Below, in pieces: positions 13,171 to 27,029 of a DNA stretch of 64,000 nucleotides (its first letter is position 1; the number at the start of each line of letters is the position of its first letter). The position numbers and the translations under genes are program-made. This DNA comes from Eledone cirrhosa (taxonomy: Eukaryota). The stretch covers positions 399,776,001 through 399,840,000 of the forward strand of contig OZ024740.1 in assembly GCA_964016885.1 (NCBI GenBank), in the 5' to 3' direction. The notes below the pieces were generated by a model. It made no database searches and had not been told where the DNA came from. It saw only the letters and a program-made list of their open reading frames with translations.

Positions 13171-14970
13171 ATGGTAAAAAATTGACGCCATGTCTGCAGT
13201 ACGTGTGGACGATAACGCCACGCTCACTAAGGAAGAAGAAAGAAAGAAGCAAGCGGTACAAAACGTTTTGCTTTCTCGTTGTAAAAGACTTAGTAAAAGG
13301 CGATATGCCAGACAAACAATTAAATACGGGTGCAAACCCAATTTATTACAACTCGAACACAAACAATGACAAAACCAACACACCAAACGAGAAAGACAAC
13401 AACAAAAATGAAAACAATTCAAATTACGAGAAACAAAACAATTCAAACACCAACAATGAAAACAAAATATCTTTTGCACAAACTGCTAAAATATCAGTCA
13501 CATATGTGCTTGAGGACATTTCAAATGCCAAAGAAATGCTTGAAAAAGCAAAAAAATGTGTATCATTTGGCGAAAATGGATCTTTTTCTATAAATTCGCC
13601 CCCAGAACTAAAAAAACAGACGGAATTACGAACAATTCCGTACAATTTCAAACAAAACAAAAAAACCAGTACAACCATCTCAAGCTGAAATTCAGTTAGT
13701 ACTGAAAGAAGCTATGAAAGACATTATTTTCATACAAAAGGATAAAATCTATGGGAGTTTATCTATATTGATGAAAGACGAATTGGCGGCGAAAAAATAC
13801 TCTGTATCGCCAATTCGTTCCACAAACTACACCTTTTTCCCCACCTACATGGGTAAAAAACCCCAAAGAATATGAATAACCACCATCACCCCAAACATAA
13901 ACTACTGGTGGTTACTAACCGGTTTCCTCAATTTAGACGAGGACAACATCATTTCAATAGGGAAGGCATCCGGCGACGCGTTCAGTGGAACGAGTATCGA
14001 AGTTCTGACCCAAATAAGGCCAGAACGTATCGCCCAAATCCCTGAGCGCGTCATGCTGGATGACCGTACCCACCTCAACATTATTGTGGAGGGTAGGCGT
14101 CTCTCTTGTTACCTCTGTGGCAATAGAGGTCACCTGAGGGCTGCCTGTCCACAGCTCACACTGAAAAAACCACTGCTACCAACACCCCAACAACCAACAC
14201 CAACACCACCCCAACAACAACAACAAAAACAACCACAACAACAACAACAACAAAAACCAACACCACCACCACCACCACCACAACAACAACAAACACGTGA
14301 AAAAACAACACATAATACTGTCCCACACAACCCCTCCCCACCCAAAACAAATACAAAAACACACACACCGCAAACACTACCAGAAAATATACCCCTCCCA
14401 CCCAACAAGGAAGACGAACCCCTTTAGTCGCAAGACGAAAAAGATCCCTTCCAAATAGTAAAAAGAAAGAAGAGGAGGCGCACCACAGACACACTTATTA
14501 ACATTAACCCTCCCCAAGAGAAAACAAACTATATACAAACCACCCCTCCCCTTCACACAACACTAACTGCTACGCAAAAAAAGACTTTACAATATACATA
14601 CATGAACACAAACAACAAAGAACTAATGAACACAATTTCGTCAAACCCTTCGGTCCAAACTGAAGGGCGTAACTTTTTAACTGCTGTGGGACTACCTCAT
14701 TTACAAATGATTAAAGTCCCAATGAACTTATACAAAACGTTGAAAATAAATTTCACGGAGGACGTGGCCCCCCCCCTACTCCAAGCCAATCAACCGCGTC
14801 CTCCTAAAAACTTTTCCCCACCCCCACCCAGACTCCCACTCAATCACAAACACCCAACCCCACAACACTTGCCCCTACACTTCCACAAACCACCACCCCA
14901 CCCAACAACCCATCCCCAACCCTCATGGAAATTGAACGGCCCGCTCCCCGGGACGCAGAGAAGAGGTAAG
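13171..14970 (+). pseudogene. Tx1 ORF1 (gag-like, CCHC knuckle), frameshifted
   Basis: FGENGSFSINSP, CYLCGNRGHLRAAC, a P/T/Q-rich linker, then the NPSVQTEG..MIKVP domain. Homologous to ORF1 of copies C, E and H. Confidence 0.8.
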
Positions 14971-14993
14971 TGCCTTTTCTCCTTACCACCAAC

Positions 14994-17900
14994 ATGGCTG
15001 TGCTGAGAGTAAGGTGTCTAAATGCGCGTGGCCTGGGCTCATCTTGGAAGCAAGCAATGCTTCTAAATGATCTCAGGGCACGATCTATAAATCTGATGGT
15101 TATCTGCGAGGCCCGGATCAGCAGCATGCGACAGCTAGCCCCCACCTTTGATGACTTTCAGATGCACGCATCTCTCTGTCAGCCCGGAAGTGGGGGTGGG
15201 GTTGTCGTTCTGCCGCAAAAACATCTGGGTCTCGCCACACAGATAGTTCACTTAGACCCGGGGGGTCGACTGGTGGTGCTGGACCTTGGCAGTGGTGAAG
15301 GTGGAGCCTTTAGGCTGGTAGCCGCATATGCCCCTTTTGGGACAGAGCGGCCCGACTTTTTCCAGCGTCTGGAGTCTTTTCTAGGGTTCCCTGCTTTTAG
15401 TGGGGGACTGGAATGGTATCCTGGATGCACGTTGGGACTATGCAGGGGCATGTCCCGATAGAGAGGGGTGCAACAGACTCAAGGAGTTACTCGGCCGATT
15501 TGACCTGGCCGATAGATTTCGACTAGATTTTCCGACGGTGCCAACCTGGTCCTGGTCAAATCGTAGCGGTCAATCTAGACCGTACCTAGATAGGTTCTTA
15601 GTTAGAAATAAGGACAGGGACTTTTTAACTTGTCCAGAAATGCTCATAGTTGGCTATTCAGACCACAAGTTGGTGACCTGCATGGTCAACCTTGATAGAA
15701 CGCATAGACAGGGCCCCGGTTACTGGAAGCTGAACTTGTCTTTACCGGCAAGTAAAGCTTACAGGGACCGGATTAGTACGTTAGTTAAGGAGCGGTTGAC
15801 TGGAGCGATCGTCAACAGCAGGTGGTGGGTATCTCTAAAGAGAGAGATTAGAGTAGTCTCGATAGAATTTAGTAAGGTTCTAGCTGCGGATAGGAATAGG
15901 AAGGAAAGGGAGCTAATAGATAGAGTAGAAGAGGCAATTAGAAGCGGTGACGTGGCCAGAGTGCTAGCGTCGAGAACGGCTTTGAGCCAGTTTTTCGACG
16001 CGAAGCTCGAAGGCTGCGTTGTCCGAAGTAAAATACGTGCTCTAGGGAACGAGGGGACCAAAGCTGTTAGCTGGGCCCGCGTGACAGAAGCCAAGAGTGG
16101 AACTAAATCCACCATCCGGTCTTTGCGAGATCAGGATGGACGGGCGATCCTTGAACTTAAGCAGATGTGTGAGGCCTTTCAAAGGCACTTTGCCCGACTG
16201 TTCGGAGGGAGCGGGGAGCCGGTTGGGGATGTGGACTTCGGTCCATACCTCGACGGCCTGCCGCGTCTCTCGAACAGGGAGGCGAAGTCCTGCGAGGAGC
16301 CGATTTCAGCCGCTGAGATAGAGGACGTGCTGAGCCAATGCGGCAAACGCAAATCCCCGGGTCTCGATGGTCTTCCAAACGAACTATATCTAGCTATGCC
16401 GGACTTGTTCCCCGATCTCCTCGAGGCGGTCTACTGCAACTGGCAACAGAATGGCAGAATTCCCTGTGCTGTGACCAAGGGCGTAGTCACGCTAGTGAGT
16501 AAGGATGAGAACAAGGGGGATAAAATAGATAATTCCAGGCCCATAACTCTGCTAAATAGAGAGTTACAGATTTTGGCCAAGGTGCTAGCAAAGAGGTTGG
16601 TGCTTGTCGTGGGCAACCTGGTGGGAGATGCGCAGACATGTGCTATCCCGTCCAGGTCCATCCATGATAACCTCCACCTCATGCGATACATCATAGAGAG
16701 GGTTGGGAACGAACCCGGCTTTGGTGGGGCTCTGATCAACTTGGATCAATCTAAGGCGTTCGATAGGGTTGACCATGGTTACCTGGATGCGGTGCTAGCG
16801 GCGTCAGGCTTCGGACCCGTTTTCAGGGGCTGTATCACTGCTATGCACAGCAGCCGCATCTGCTCTAGAGTCAAGGTGAACGGCTACCTCTCGGAGCCGT
16901 TCGAAATCGTGCGGTCCATCCGACAAGGGTGCCCTCTCTCCTTCCTTCTGTATGTATTGACTCTCGAGCCACTACTGCGGAAGTTGGAGTTGTTGCAGGG
17001 CATCCCTTTGGAACCGGGATTGCGGAAAGCGGTGTCGGCCTACGCCGATGACGTGACAGTAATGGTGTCGACGGCCTCCGAAATCGGGGCGATCGGCACC
17101 TTACTGGAGGAGTACGAAAGGTCCACAGGGGCTAAGCTGAACCGGGACAAGTCGATCGGTTTGCAACTCGGCACGTGCAGGGGCAAACCGATGCTCTCCG
17201 ATGGCGTCGTCGGACGCTGAACGGAGGGCCCGGTGAAGTTGCTCGGGGTCTGGTTCGGACCAGACCTCCAGGTGGAGAAGAACTGGGCTGAGGTTACGAA
17301 CAGGGTGTTTGCACTGACCCAGAGTGGGCCAGTTGCAAACTATCCCTGAAAGGTCGGGAGGAGGTGGCGAACACCTATATAGCGTCCGTCATCTACCGCC
17401 TGACCGTCGTGCCTTGCCCAAGGGAAACCCTCACCAAGATGGAGCGCGCACTCTTCCAATTCCTTTGGAAGAAGCGGGCTCCTTTGGTGAGGAGATCCAT
17501 CTGCTGTCAACACCTTTCGAAAGGAGGGCTGTAGATACCGTGGCTGCTGATGCGTAAACACGCATTAAGGCTACGGCACCTCCACGTATTCCTGACCGGT
17601 CAACCGGTGTGGGTCTCGTTTGTGAGACGAACCTTTCCCAGACTCGTCTCACTCACCGAGCTGCAATCCTGGGTCAAGCAAAGACCGAGAAAACTGGGCG
17701 CCTGGCACACCGAGTGTGCCCAGGCGCTCACCGCCCTCTGGCAGGCGGATCCGGTTATCAGTGGAGACTCCACCGCAACATTCTATAGAGGGCTGGTACG
17801 CAGCAGGTGCGACGACGCCCTCGGAGAATTCCTAGACATGGAGGAAGACGAACTGGACAGCCTGTTCGGTAGGACATTCAGCCCGGGACCTATGGACAAC

Positions 17901-18403
17901 TTCCAGAAATCCCTGGCCTGGCAGTGCTACCGAGGGGCTCTACCCGTTCGAGAAAAGCTCTACAGACACGGACGCCCGGGTAGGGACCCCGCCAAAAAGA
18001 TCTGTCCCAGATGCGTGTGCGACGAGGAAACCGTTGCACACGCATTGGTACACTGCTCGGGCGTAGCCGATCTGTGGAGCTATGTCGAACAACTGCTGTC
18101 AAGGGTGGGACCGATCCGGTTGACCACCGAGTCCATTGTAACGATCAAGCCGCCTCCCCCTTCAAAAATGAAGGAGAGGAGGTGTTTCTGTGCGTAATAG
18201 CCATGGTGAAAGAGGTTGTATGGTGGACGCGTCTGAAAGGACTGAGGTCAGGCACCTTTCTCTCTGGCCAACAACTGGTCCGTTTCTTCCGATATCATTT
18301 CGGAAGAAGGATCAGGATGCACCCCAGTCGTTTTTATGAAAGGTGGGTGAAAGTGGCGAGAATGGCCCGTGTGAATAGGCCTTCTCTTTACATAAGCCTG
18401 TAG
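14994..18403 (+). pseudogene. Tx1 ORF2 (APE endonuclease, RT, zinc finger), frameshifted
   Basis: LNARGL, GDWN, SDH, QGCPLS, YADD and CPRC..HALVHC; ends GPSLYISL-like. Confidence 0.93.
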
Positions 18404-18852
18404 GTGGAAAAGAGGAAGGAACGAGGGAGCACCCTCTCTCTGTGCTCATGAGGAGAAGGGGTTGAACACTTTTTTCGGGGGTGTGTGCGACCCCCCAAAC
18501 GCCCCCTCCCTATTGAGGACTTTATTGTTAATTTTATATTTGTTATTTGTTTTCTTTACTCGCCTTTTTGTGTAAACTCCCCCCCATTGTACTTGTCCCA
18601 CTTTTGATGCCCTGGTGGCAAATAAAAAGAAACATATCTATCTATCTATCTATCTTGATAGAGTAAGACACGCTTCACATCGGCTCCGCTATTCCATCGG
18701 GATTTACCCTTACTATAGTAAGTACCGGATAAATTTTTCAGTGCAACACATTTGGAACACTAACATATTTAGGGAAACATTTTTGCATTTACCCCCTTTT
18801 TAGGGGGTAAAATAAATATCTATTTTTGCTGAAAAATTTCTTTCTTGGCAGC

Positions 18853-20660
18853 ATGGCGGAAAAGATGGCAGACATGTCTGCCATTAGCTCTGCCACGCCC
18901 CCCAAGTCTGAAGAACAAAAAATAATTACAACAAAATTAGACAACGAAACAAACAAGGAAAATGAAAAAACAAATGTTAAGGAAAATGAGCAAACGGAAA
19001 ACAAACAAACAGAAAATAATACAAATAACAACAGGGCAACTTTCGCCCAGAAAACAAAACTATCCATAACATACACACCAATTGACTTAACTGCCGCCAG
19101 AGAAAAACTGGCCGAAGCGAAAAAACAAATAGTCTTGGGGGAGAACGGAATGTTTTCCATTAACCCCCCCCCCCCCAGAATTCAAGAAAACCAGAATAGA
19201 GAGCACAGTTCTCTTCAGAACCATACTGAACCAGACAAGAAAGCCAGCACAGCCCAGCCAAATGGAAATAGAGTTGGTCCTAAAAGACTATATGAAGAAT
19301 ATTCTCTTCATACGAAAGGACCGACTCTATGGCAGCATTTCGGTCCTAACAAAAGACAAGGAAACGGCGGAGAAGCTTTCCCTAAGCCCACTCTCATCGA
19401 CAACATACAGCTTCTATCCCTCCTACATGGGTAGAAGAACACAGAGAGTAAAAGTAAAAACAATGCTGCCCACAATGGACTTCTGGTGGGCTATTGCTGG
19501 CTTCATAGACATGGGCGAAGACACAATGCTGTCAATGGGGAAGGCAACTGGAGATGCGTTCCTGGGAATGGGCCTCGACATACTAGTCCAAATGAGGCCC
19601 AAAAGAATAGCACAAATCCCGGATCGCATCTGGCTGGATGACCTTACCCCAATAGATATAATTGTAGAGGGGAGAAGACCAGCATGCTATTTATGCATGG
19701 AAAGGGGACACGTTAAGGCTAACTGCCCGAAACGTATCCCCCAAAAAGGACTATTGCCCACACCCACCACAAACAGTACACCAACACCACCCACCTCCAA
19801 AAATACACTAATACCACACACAGCAAACAAAATACAGACACCACCAACCACAAACACAACACAAACATCATTACCACCAGCACCAAACACAAGCACGACA
19901 CAAAAATCACCACCACCAACCACAACACAAACATCACCACCACCATCACCAACCACAAGCACGGCACAAACATTACCACCACCACCACCACCACAAAACC
20001 CATTCCAAACAAATAATAAAAAAAAAACAGTAACAAATCTACCCCTCCCGCAAAAAAAAAACAACCACACAACACGTCCCTCCCACCTAGCGCTGAAGAG
20101 TTTCCCCTAACTTCTGAAGAAGAAGGAGGAGAAGCCTTCAGACAAGTTAAAAGAAAAAAAAGAAAACACACACCCAGCACACCACAAATAACCCACACAC
20201 AAACACCAACTCCAATCAAAAACACCCCACCCTCAACAAACAAAAATAAATCTGCGCCTCCCCTCTCCGAAACATTGACAGCATCACAAAAAAAAAGACG
20301 TTGCAATACACATATATAAATAAAGAAAACAAAAAACTGGTTAAATTAATAAACAATAACCCTATGGTGCAGACCGAAGGGCCAAACTTTATCTCAACAG
20401 AGAACTTCACCCATTTAAAAATGATAAAGGTCCCTCTGGACCTTTATCGTTCCTTAAAAGAACAATTTAGACGGGACGTGAGCCCCCCTGTTTAAAACCG
20501 TTAAATCGCGTCCTCTTGAAAGATTTCCCCATAACCGCCCCTCTCCCTGACACAATTCAAATACCCCAACCCCACCACACACGGGTACCCCCACACCACC
20601 ACAAAACATCCCTCCACCCAACACACCTGATGCCATGGAAATTACACAACCCGGAGAGGT
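18853..20660 (+). pseudogene. Tx1 ORF1, frameshifted in homopolymer runs
   Basis: LGENGMFSINPP, YMGRRTQRVK, CYLCMERGHVKANC, and the C-terminal NNPMVQTEG..MIKVP domain. Confidence 0.82.
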
Positions 20661-20693
20661 AGGTGCTTTTCTTTCTTCACTTTCAACACCAAA

Positions 20694-23600
20694 ATAGATC
20701 AATTGAGAGTTGGCTGTTTGAACGCGCGTGGCCTGGGCTCAGCTTGAAAGCAAGCAAAGCTTCTAAATGACCTCAGGTCACAAAGTATAGATGTGATGGT
20801 TGTTTGCGAGAGTCGGATCAGCAGCGTGAGACAGCTGGCGCCCGCCTTCGATGACTTTGAGATGCACGCATCTCTCTGTCAACCCGGAGGCGGGGGGTGA
20901 GTTGCTGTACTGCTGGATAAACGTCTGGCTCTCAACGTACAGATTGTTCACTCGGACCCGGGGGGTCGATTACTGGTGCTGGACGTCGGAGGCGGTGAAG
21001 GCGGGGCTTTCAGACTGGTCGGTCTTTATGCCCCCTTCGGGGCTGAAAGAGCCGACTTCTTCCAGCGTCTGGAGACTTTTCTAGGAACGTCGCGTTCCCT
21101 GCTTTTAGTGGGGGACTGGAATGGAATCCTAGATGCGCGTTGGGACTATGCAGGGGCATGTCCCGATAGAGGGGGGTGTAGCAGCCTCAAGGGGTTACTC
21201 GATCGATTCGACCTGGTCGATGGATTTCGACTAGATTGTCCAACTGCGCCAACCTGGACCTGGGCAAACCGCAGTGGACAATCTAGATCGTACCTAGATA
21301 GGTTTTTGGTTAGGAGTAAGGATAGGGACGTATTTAGTTGTCCAGAATTGATCATGGTTGGCTATTCAGATCACAAATTAGTGACCTGCGTGGTCAACCT
21401 TGATAGAACGCATAGACAGGGTTCCGGTTACTGGAAGATGAACTTGTCCTTGCCGGCAAATAAAGATTACAGGAACCGGATTAGTAGCTTAGTTAAGATG
21501 CGGTTGACGGGAGCGATCGTCAACAGTAGGTGGTGGGTATCTCTAAAGAGAGAGATTAGAGTAAGTTCGATAGGTTACAGTAAGGAACTAGCGGCGAATA
21601 GAAATAGGAAGGAAAGGGAGTTAACAGATAAACTAGAAGAGGCGATTAGGAGCGGAGACGTAGCCAGAGTGCTAGCGGCGAGAACGGCGTTGAGCCAGTT
21701 CTTTGACGCGAAGCACGAAGGCTGCGTTGTCCGAAGTAAAATACGTGCTTTAGGAAACGAGGCAACCAAAGCTGTTAGCTGGGCCCGCGTAACAGAAGCC
21801 AAGAGTGGGATTAAATCCACCATTCGGTCTTTGCGAGACCAGGATGGACGGGTGATCCTTGAACCTGAGCGGATGTGCGAGGCCTTTCAAAGGCACTTTG
21901 CTCGGCTGTTCGGAGGGGGCGGGGGGCCGGACGGGGATGTGGACTTCGGTCCATACCTCGACGGTCTACCGCGTCTTTCGAGCGGCGAAGCGGAGTGCTG
22001 CGAAAGGCCAATCACAGCCACTGAAATCGGGGAAGCGCTCAGCCAATGCAGCAGACGCAAATCCCCGGGTCTCGATGGTCTACCATACGAACTTTATTTA
22101 GCTATGCCGGTCTTGTTCTCCGAACTCCTCAAGGCTGTCTATTGCAACTGGCAACAGAACGGGAGAATTCCCTGTGCTGTGACCAAGGGCGTGGTCACGC
22201 TAGTGAGGAAGGACGAGAGCAAGGGGAACGACTTAAGTAACTTTAGGCCCATAACTCTGCTGAATGCAGAGTTACAGATTTTGGCCAAGGTGTTGGCGAA
22301 GAGGTTGGCGCTTGTGGTGGGTGGTTTGGTGGGAGACGCGCAGACATGCGCTTTCCCGTCCAGGTCCATTCACGACAACCTCCACCTCATGCGATACATC
22401 GTAGAGAGGGTTGGCAACGAACCCGGCTTTGGTGGGGCCCTGATCAACTTGGATCAATCTAAGGCGTTCGACAGGGTCGACCATGGTTATCTGGATGCGG
22501 TGCTAGCGGCGGCGGGCTTCGGACCCGTTTTCAGGGGCTGGATTTCTGCCATGCACAGTGGCAACATCTACTCTAGGATTAAAGTAAACGGCTACCTCTC
22601 GGAGCCGTTTCAAATCACCCGGTCCATCAGACAGGGGTGCCCCCTCTCCTCCCTTCTGTACGTATTGACTCTCGAGCCACTGCTGCGGAAGTTGGAGTTG
22701 CTGCGGGGCATACCCCTGGAACCGGGATTGCACAAAGCGGTCTCGGCCTATGCCGACGACGTAACAGTAATGGTGGCGGACGCCTCGGAAATCGGGGCGA
22801 TCGCCACCCTACTGAAGGAATACAAAAGGCTGACGGGGGCTAGGCTGAACCAGGACAAGTCAGTCGGTTTGCAACTCGGAACGTGGAGGGGCAAACCGAT
22901 GCCGTTAGACGGTGTCGTCGGGCGGTGGACGGAGGGCCCGGTGAAGCTGCTCGGGGTCTGGTTCGGACCGGACCTCCAGGTGGAGAAGAATTGGGGCGAG
23001 GTGACGAGCAGGGTGTTTGCGCTGACCCAGAAGAGGGCCAAGTGCAAACTATCACTGAAAGGTCGGGTGGAGGTGACGAACGCTTACATAGCGTCCGTCA
23101 TCTACTACCGCCTGACCGTCGTGCCTTGCCCCAAGGAAAACCTCACCATCATGGAACGCATGCTCTTCCAGTTCCTCTGGAAGAAGCGGCCTCCCATGGT
23201 GAGGAGATCCATCTGCTGCCAGCACCCTTCGAAAGGAGGGCTGGGTATGCCGTGGCTGTTGATGCGTAGGCACGCATTGAGGCTACGGCATCTACAGGTA
23301 TTCCTCAACGGTCAGCCGGTGTGGGCCCCGTTTGTGAGGCGAGCCTTCCCACAGCTCGTCTCGCTCACCGAACTGCAATCCCGGGTGAAGCAAAGACCGA
23401 GAAAACTGGGCAACTGGCACACCGAGTATGCCCAGGCGCTCACGGCTATCTGGCAAGCGGACCCGACTATCAGTGGAGAATCCACCTCGACATTCTATAG
23501 AGGGTTGGTGGCTAGCAAGGGCGACGACACCCTTGGAGAGTCGCTAGGCATGGAGGAGGACGAACTGGCCAGCCTGTTCGGTAGAACTTTCGGCCCGGGA

Positions 23601-24131
23601 CCCATGGACAACTTCCAGAGGTCCCTAGCCTGGCAGTGTTACCGGGGGGCTCTGCCCGTTCGAGAAAAGCTCTACAGACACGGGCGCCCGGGCAGGGATC
23701 CCGCGAAAAAGATCTGTCCCAGATGCGTGCGCGACGAGGAAACCGTTGCGCATGCACTGGTACACTGCCCGGGCGTTGCCGATCTGTGGGGCTACGTCGA
23801 ACGACTGCTGTCGCGTGTGGCGCCGATTCGATTAACCGCCGAGTCTGTGGTGAACATCAAGCCGCCTCCTCCCTTCAGAAATGAAGCAGAGGCGGTCTTT
23901 CTGTGCGTAATAGCCATGATGAAAGAGGTTGTGTGGTGGACGCACCTGAAAGGTCTGAGGTCGGGTGACTTTCTCTCCGGCCATCACCTGGTTTACTTCT
24001 TCCGATACCACTTCGGAAGAAGGATCAGGATGGAAAGAGAGGTGCTTGGCCCCAGACAGTTTTATGAAAGGTGGGTGAAAGAAGCGAGAATGGCCCGTGT
24101 AAATGGGCCTTCTCTCTACATTGTTCTGTAG
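20694..24131 (+). CDS. Tx1 ORF2 (APE-RT-CCHC): 1051-aa open frame at 20976-24131, N-terminus damaged (ATG to ATA, a stop, a frameshift)
   Basis: GDWN, SYLDR, SDH, SPGLDGLP, FRPITLLN, LDQSKAFDRVDH, QGCPLS, YADD, LLGVWF, CPRC..EETVAHALVHC. Confidence 0.95.
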
Positions 24132-24399
24132 GTGAAGAAGTGAAGAGGAAAGGGGGAGCGCCTCCTCTCTGGGCTTCCCCCCCGAAAAGAGTTGCACACT
24201 TTTCGGGGGTATGTGCAATCCCCAACACGCCCCCTCCCTTTTGAGGACTTTTTATTGTTATATTATTATTGTTATTCCTTTTTCTTTACTCGATTTATGT
24301 AAACTCCCCCACTGTGTAAATGTCCCCTTCTTTTGTGCCCTCGTGGCAAATAAATAGAAATTTATCTATCGTACATACACACGTACATACATACGTACA

Positions 24400-24915
24400 T
24401 ACACACGTACATACATACACATACATAAATGCGTACATATACATGTACAAAATTAGAAAAATATACACTACTCTACATATTCACACACGCAAATAAATAT
24501 AAGAAAAAATATATATAAAAAAATTAATATAATAAAGATTATTGTAGAGTTGACAGCGATACAAACGGCGGGTAGATGAACAGTGCGTGTTTGTGCATGT
24601 ATTTGTGTATGTGTATGTATGTGTTTATGTATTTGTATATGTATATTTATGTGTGAGAGTGTGTGTATGTATTTACTATTTCGTACGTATGTATACGTGC
24701 ATTTGTGTGTATTACTTACCACGCGTGTCTGTTCATCTACCCGCCGTTTGTATCGCTGTCAACTCTATAATAATCTTTATTATATTATTTTTTTTATATA
24801 TATTTTTTATTATATTTATTTGCGTGTGTGAATATGTAGAGGAGTGTATATTTTTCTAATTTTGTACATGTATATGTACGCATTTATGTATGTGTATGTA
24901 TGTACGTGTGTATAT
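24400..24915. repeat. Inverted duplication, arms about 24400-24583 and 24730-24915
   Basis: gttgacagcgatacaaacggcgggtagatgaacag is the reverse complement of ctgttcatctacccgccgtttgtatcgctgtcaac, and the match continues outward. Confidence 0.85.
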
Positions 24916-25234
24916 AGGTATGATTGTGTGCATGTATGTATGTATGTATGTATATGTATGTGTGTATGGCTATGTTTGTGTATGTGTATGCATGTACATA
25001 TATATATGTATATATATATATATATATATGTATGTGTATATATATATATATATATATTTATGTTTCTATATGTATGTATGTGTGTATATATGTGTGTGTG
25101 GTTGTATATATGTATGTGTATGTATGGATGTGTTGATATTTATGTGCGTATGTATGTATGTGTATATGTATGTGTATGTGTGTATTTATATACACATATA
25201 TGTGTGTATATATGTGTGTGTGTATGTATGAGTG

Positions 25235-25293
<59 letters not shown>

Positions 25294-25601
25294 ATGTATG
25301 CTTTTGTGTGTGCGTGTGCGTGTTTGTGTGTGTGTTTGCATGTGTGGTTTTATTTTATTTTTCCTTTCCTTCTTCTTTCTCCAGCCTCACTTTCTTATAG
25401 ATTGCATTTTTGTTTTTAAAATCAAAATTCAATAAACAGACCAGGATTTTTTCATTCTGAGGATTCAAAACAAAATCTTTTGCTTTTAAGAAACCACTGG
25501 TAAATGGAATAATTGCCTTATGTTGTTTATTACATAACTATTAAGCTCTGTTACCTACATAGAGCACTCTTTTTTCCTGGACTTTTCCGACGGAATTACT
25601 T

Positions 25602-25646
<45 letters not shown>

Positions 25647-25657
25647 ACACACACACA

Positions 25658-25703
<46 letters not shown>

Positions 25704-25731
25704 ATTTGCAACGCGCAGCTCCATTATTATC

Positions 25732-25765
<34 letters not shown>

Positions 25766-25842
25766 CCACCATCTCTCTGTTTCTCTCTCTGTGAGTTATT
25801 CCCCGCAAAGAAAAATTTCTATAAAAGAAATAATAATTGTTT

Positions 25843-26010
25843 CTACTTTTGGCACAAGGCCAGCAATTAACCAGTGCATTACTGGTACTTTATTTTATCG
25901 ACTCCGTAAGGATGAAAGGCAAAGTTAACCTCGGCGGGATTTGAACTCAGATCATAAAGGGACGTAACTCTATGCTTCAAAGCAAGGTGTCCGACTCTCT
26001 ACCGATACTG
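25843..26010 (-). mobile_element. tRNA-derived SINE, family 1
   Basis: Reverse strand has a B-box-like gagttcaaatccc and the core ctttgcctttcatccttacggrgtcgataaaataaagtaccag. Five copies are present in the window. Confidence 0.8.
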
Positions 26011-27029
26011 AATAATAGTACAAAAACATTTTTTGTTAGATTCTTAGTTATATAATTAAATTTTCGAATAAAATCTTCAAGAAACCGTTAACAGACTAGA
26101 GTATGATCAGAAAGAGATAAAGAATCAGAAAATAGAACAAGTCTATTTTCTTATATATTTAGTTTCAGATGAAAAACTATTATATTTTTTACGATTATTT
26201 TATTTGAACTTAGAAACATTATTCTTCTTTCTACCCTTTTTTGTATAGAAATATATACTTGTGTATACATAAACACACATATATAGTAATTGATAAAATT
26301 GCAATAGAGAGCCCACCCTCTCTTAAAGACAGCGGGGTTTCTGTTAGTATTTTACCAATTACTATACTAACGCTGCACCTAAACATCCATTAAGCTCTAC
26401 TCTGACTCTTGGATTTCCCGGTTTTTATACCACGTGCACTACACACACGCACACACAGACACACATGTTGTATGTATGTGTGTATGTTGATGTTTGTCTG
26501 TTTTTTCTTAATTTCGAATTTATTTAGACAGACCATTTTTCGGTGGTAAGGTTGTAAAGGAAAAAAAACAAATTCCTTCGCTCAACTTTTGTATCTTAAG
26601 AATGTTTTACTTTGGAGTCTAAGGATACGCAACCTTTGTGCGTCCATTCCCACAGCAAACAAGAGAGGTAGCAGACCCATCGCCAGTTCTTGCAGCGTTG
26701 GATAGAGATTGCAATATATATTTCGACCTAAAGCCTGAACACGATCAGAACGATATTGTAGGGTTTTGGTGGTCTTGTTCGCGCCAATCACCAATTTTAT
26801 ACTTTTCTGAGACCCGCGAAAACTATGATGTTTTAGCGGCGGTCTCTGCTCGTCTCGTCGTAGCTTCATCCCTGGGCTGTGAGAGTTTTCTGGGGAGCTA
26901 ACAGTATCACCCAGTGCTTCATCGCCCTAGTAGTTTTCCGCTGGTGGTCCAGGATGCTTATTCGTCCGACGGGGGTTGGGGACTGCTTATATTGCAGCTA
27001 ACAATCATATCCCGGTGACCGTATCGCTA

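Larger units (their letters stand above)
12977..18634 (+). mobile_element. Tx1-clade LINE copy B, full-length, degraded
   Basis: (TATC)n at 12933-12976 upstream. Contains 5'UTR, ORF1 and ORF2, then AATAAA at 18621 and (TATC)5 at 18635-18654. Confidence 0.93.
18655..24362 (+). mobile_element. Tx1-clade LINE copy C, full-length, best preserved
   Basis: Starts right after the (TATC)5 that ends copy B. Ends aataaatagaaatt+TATCTATC. Confidence 0.95.
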
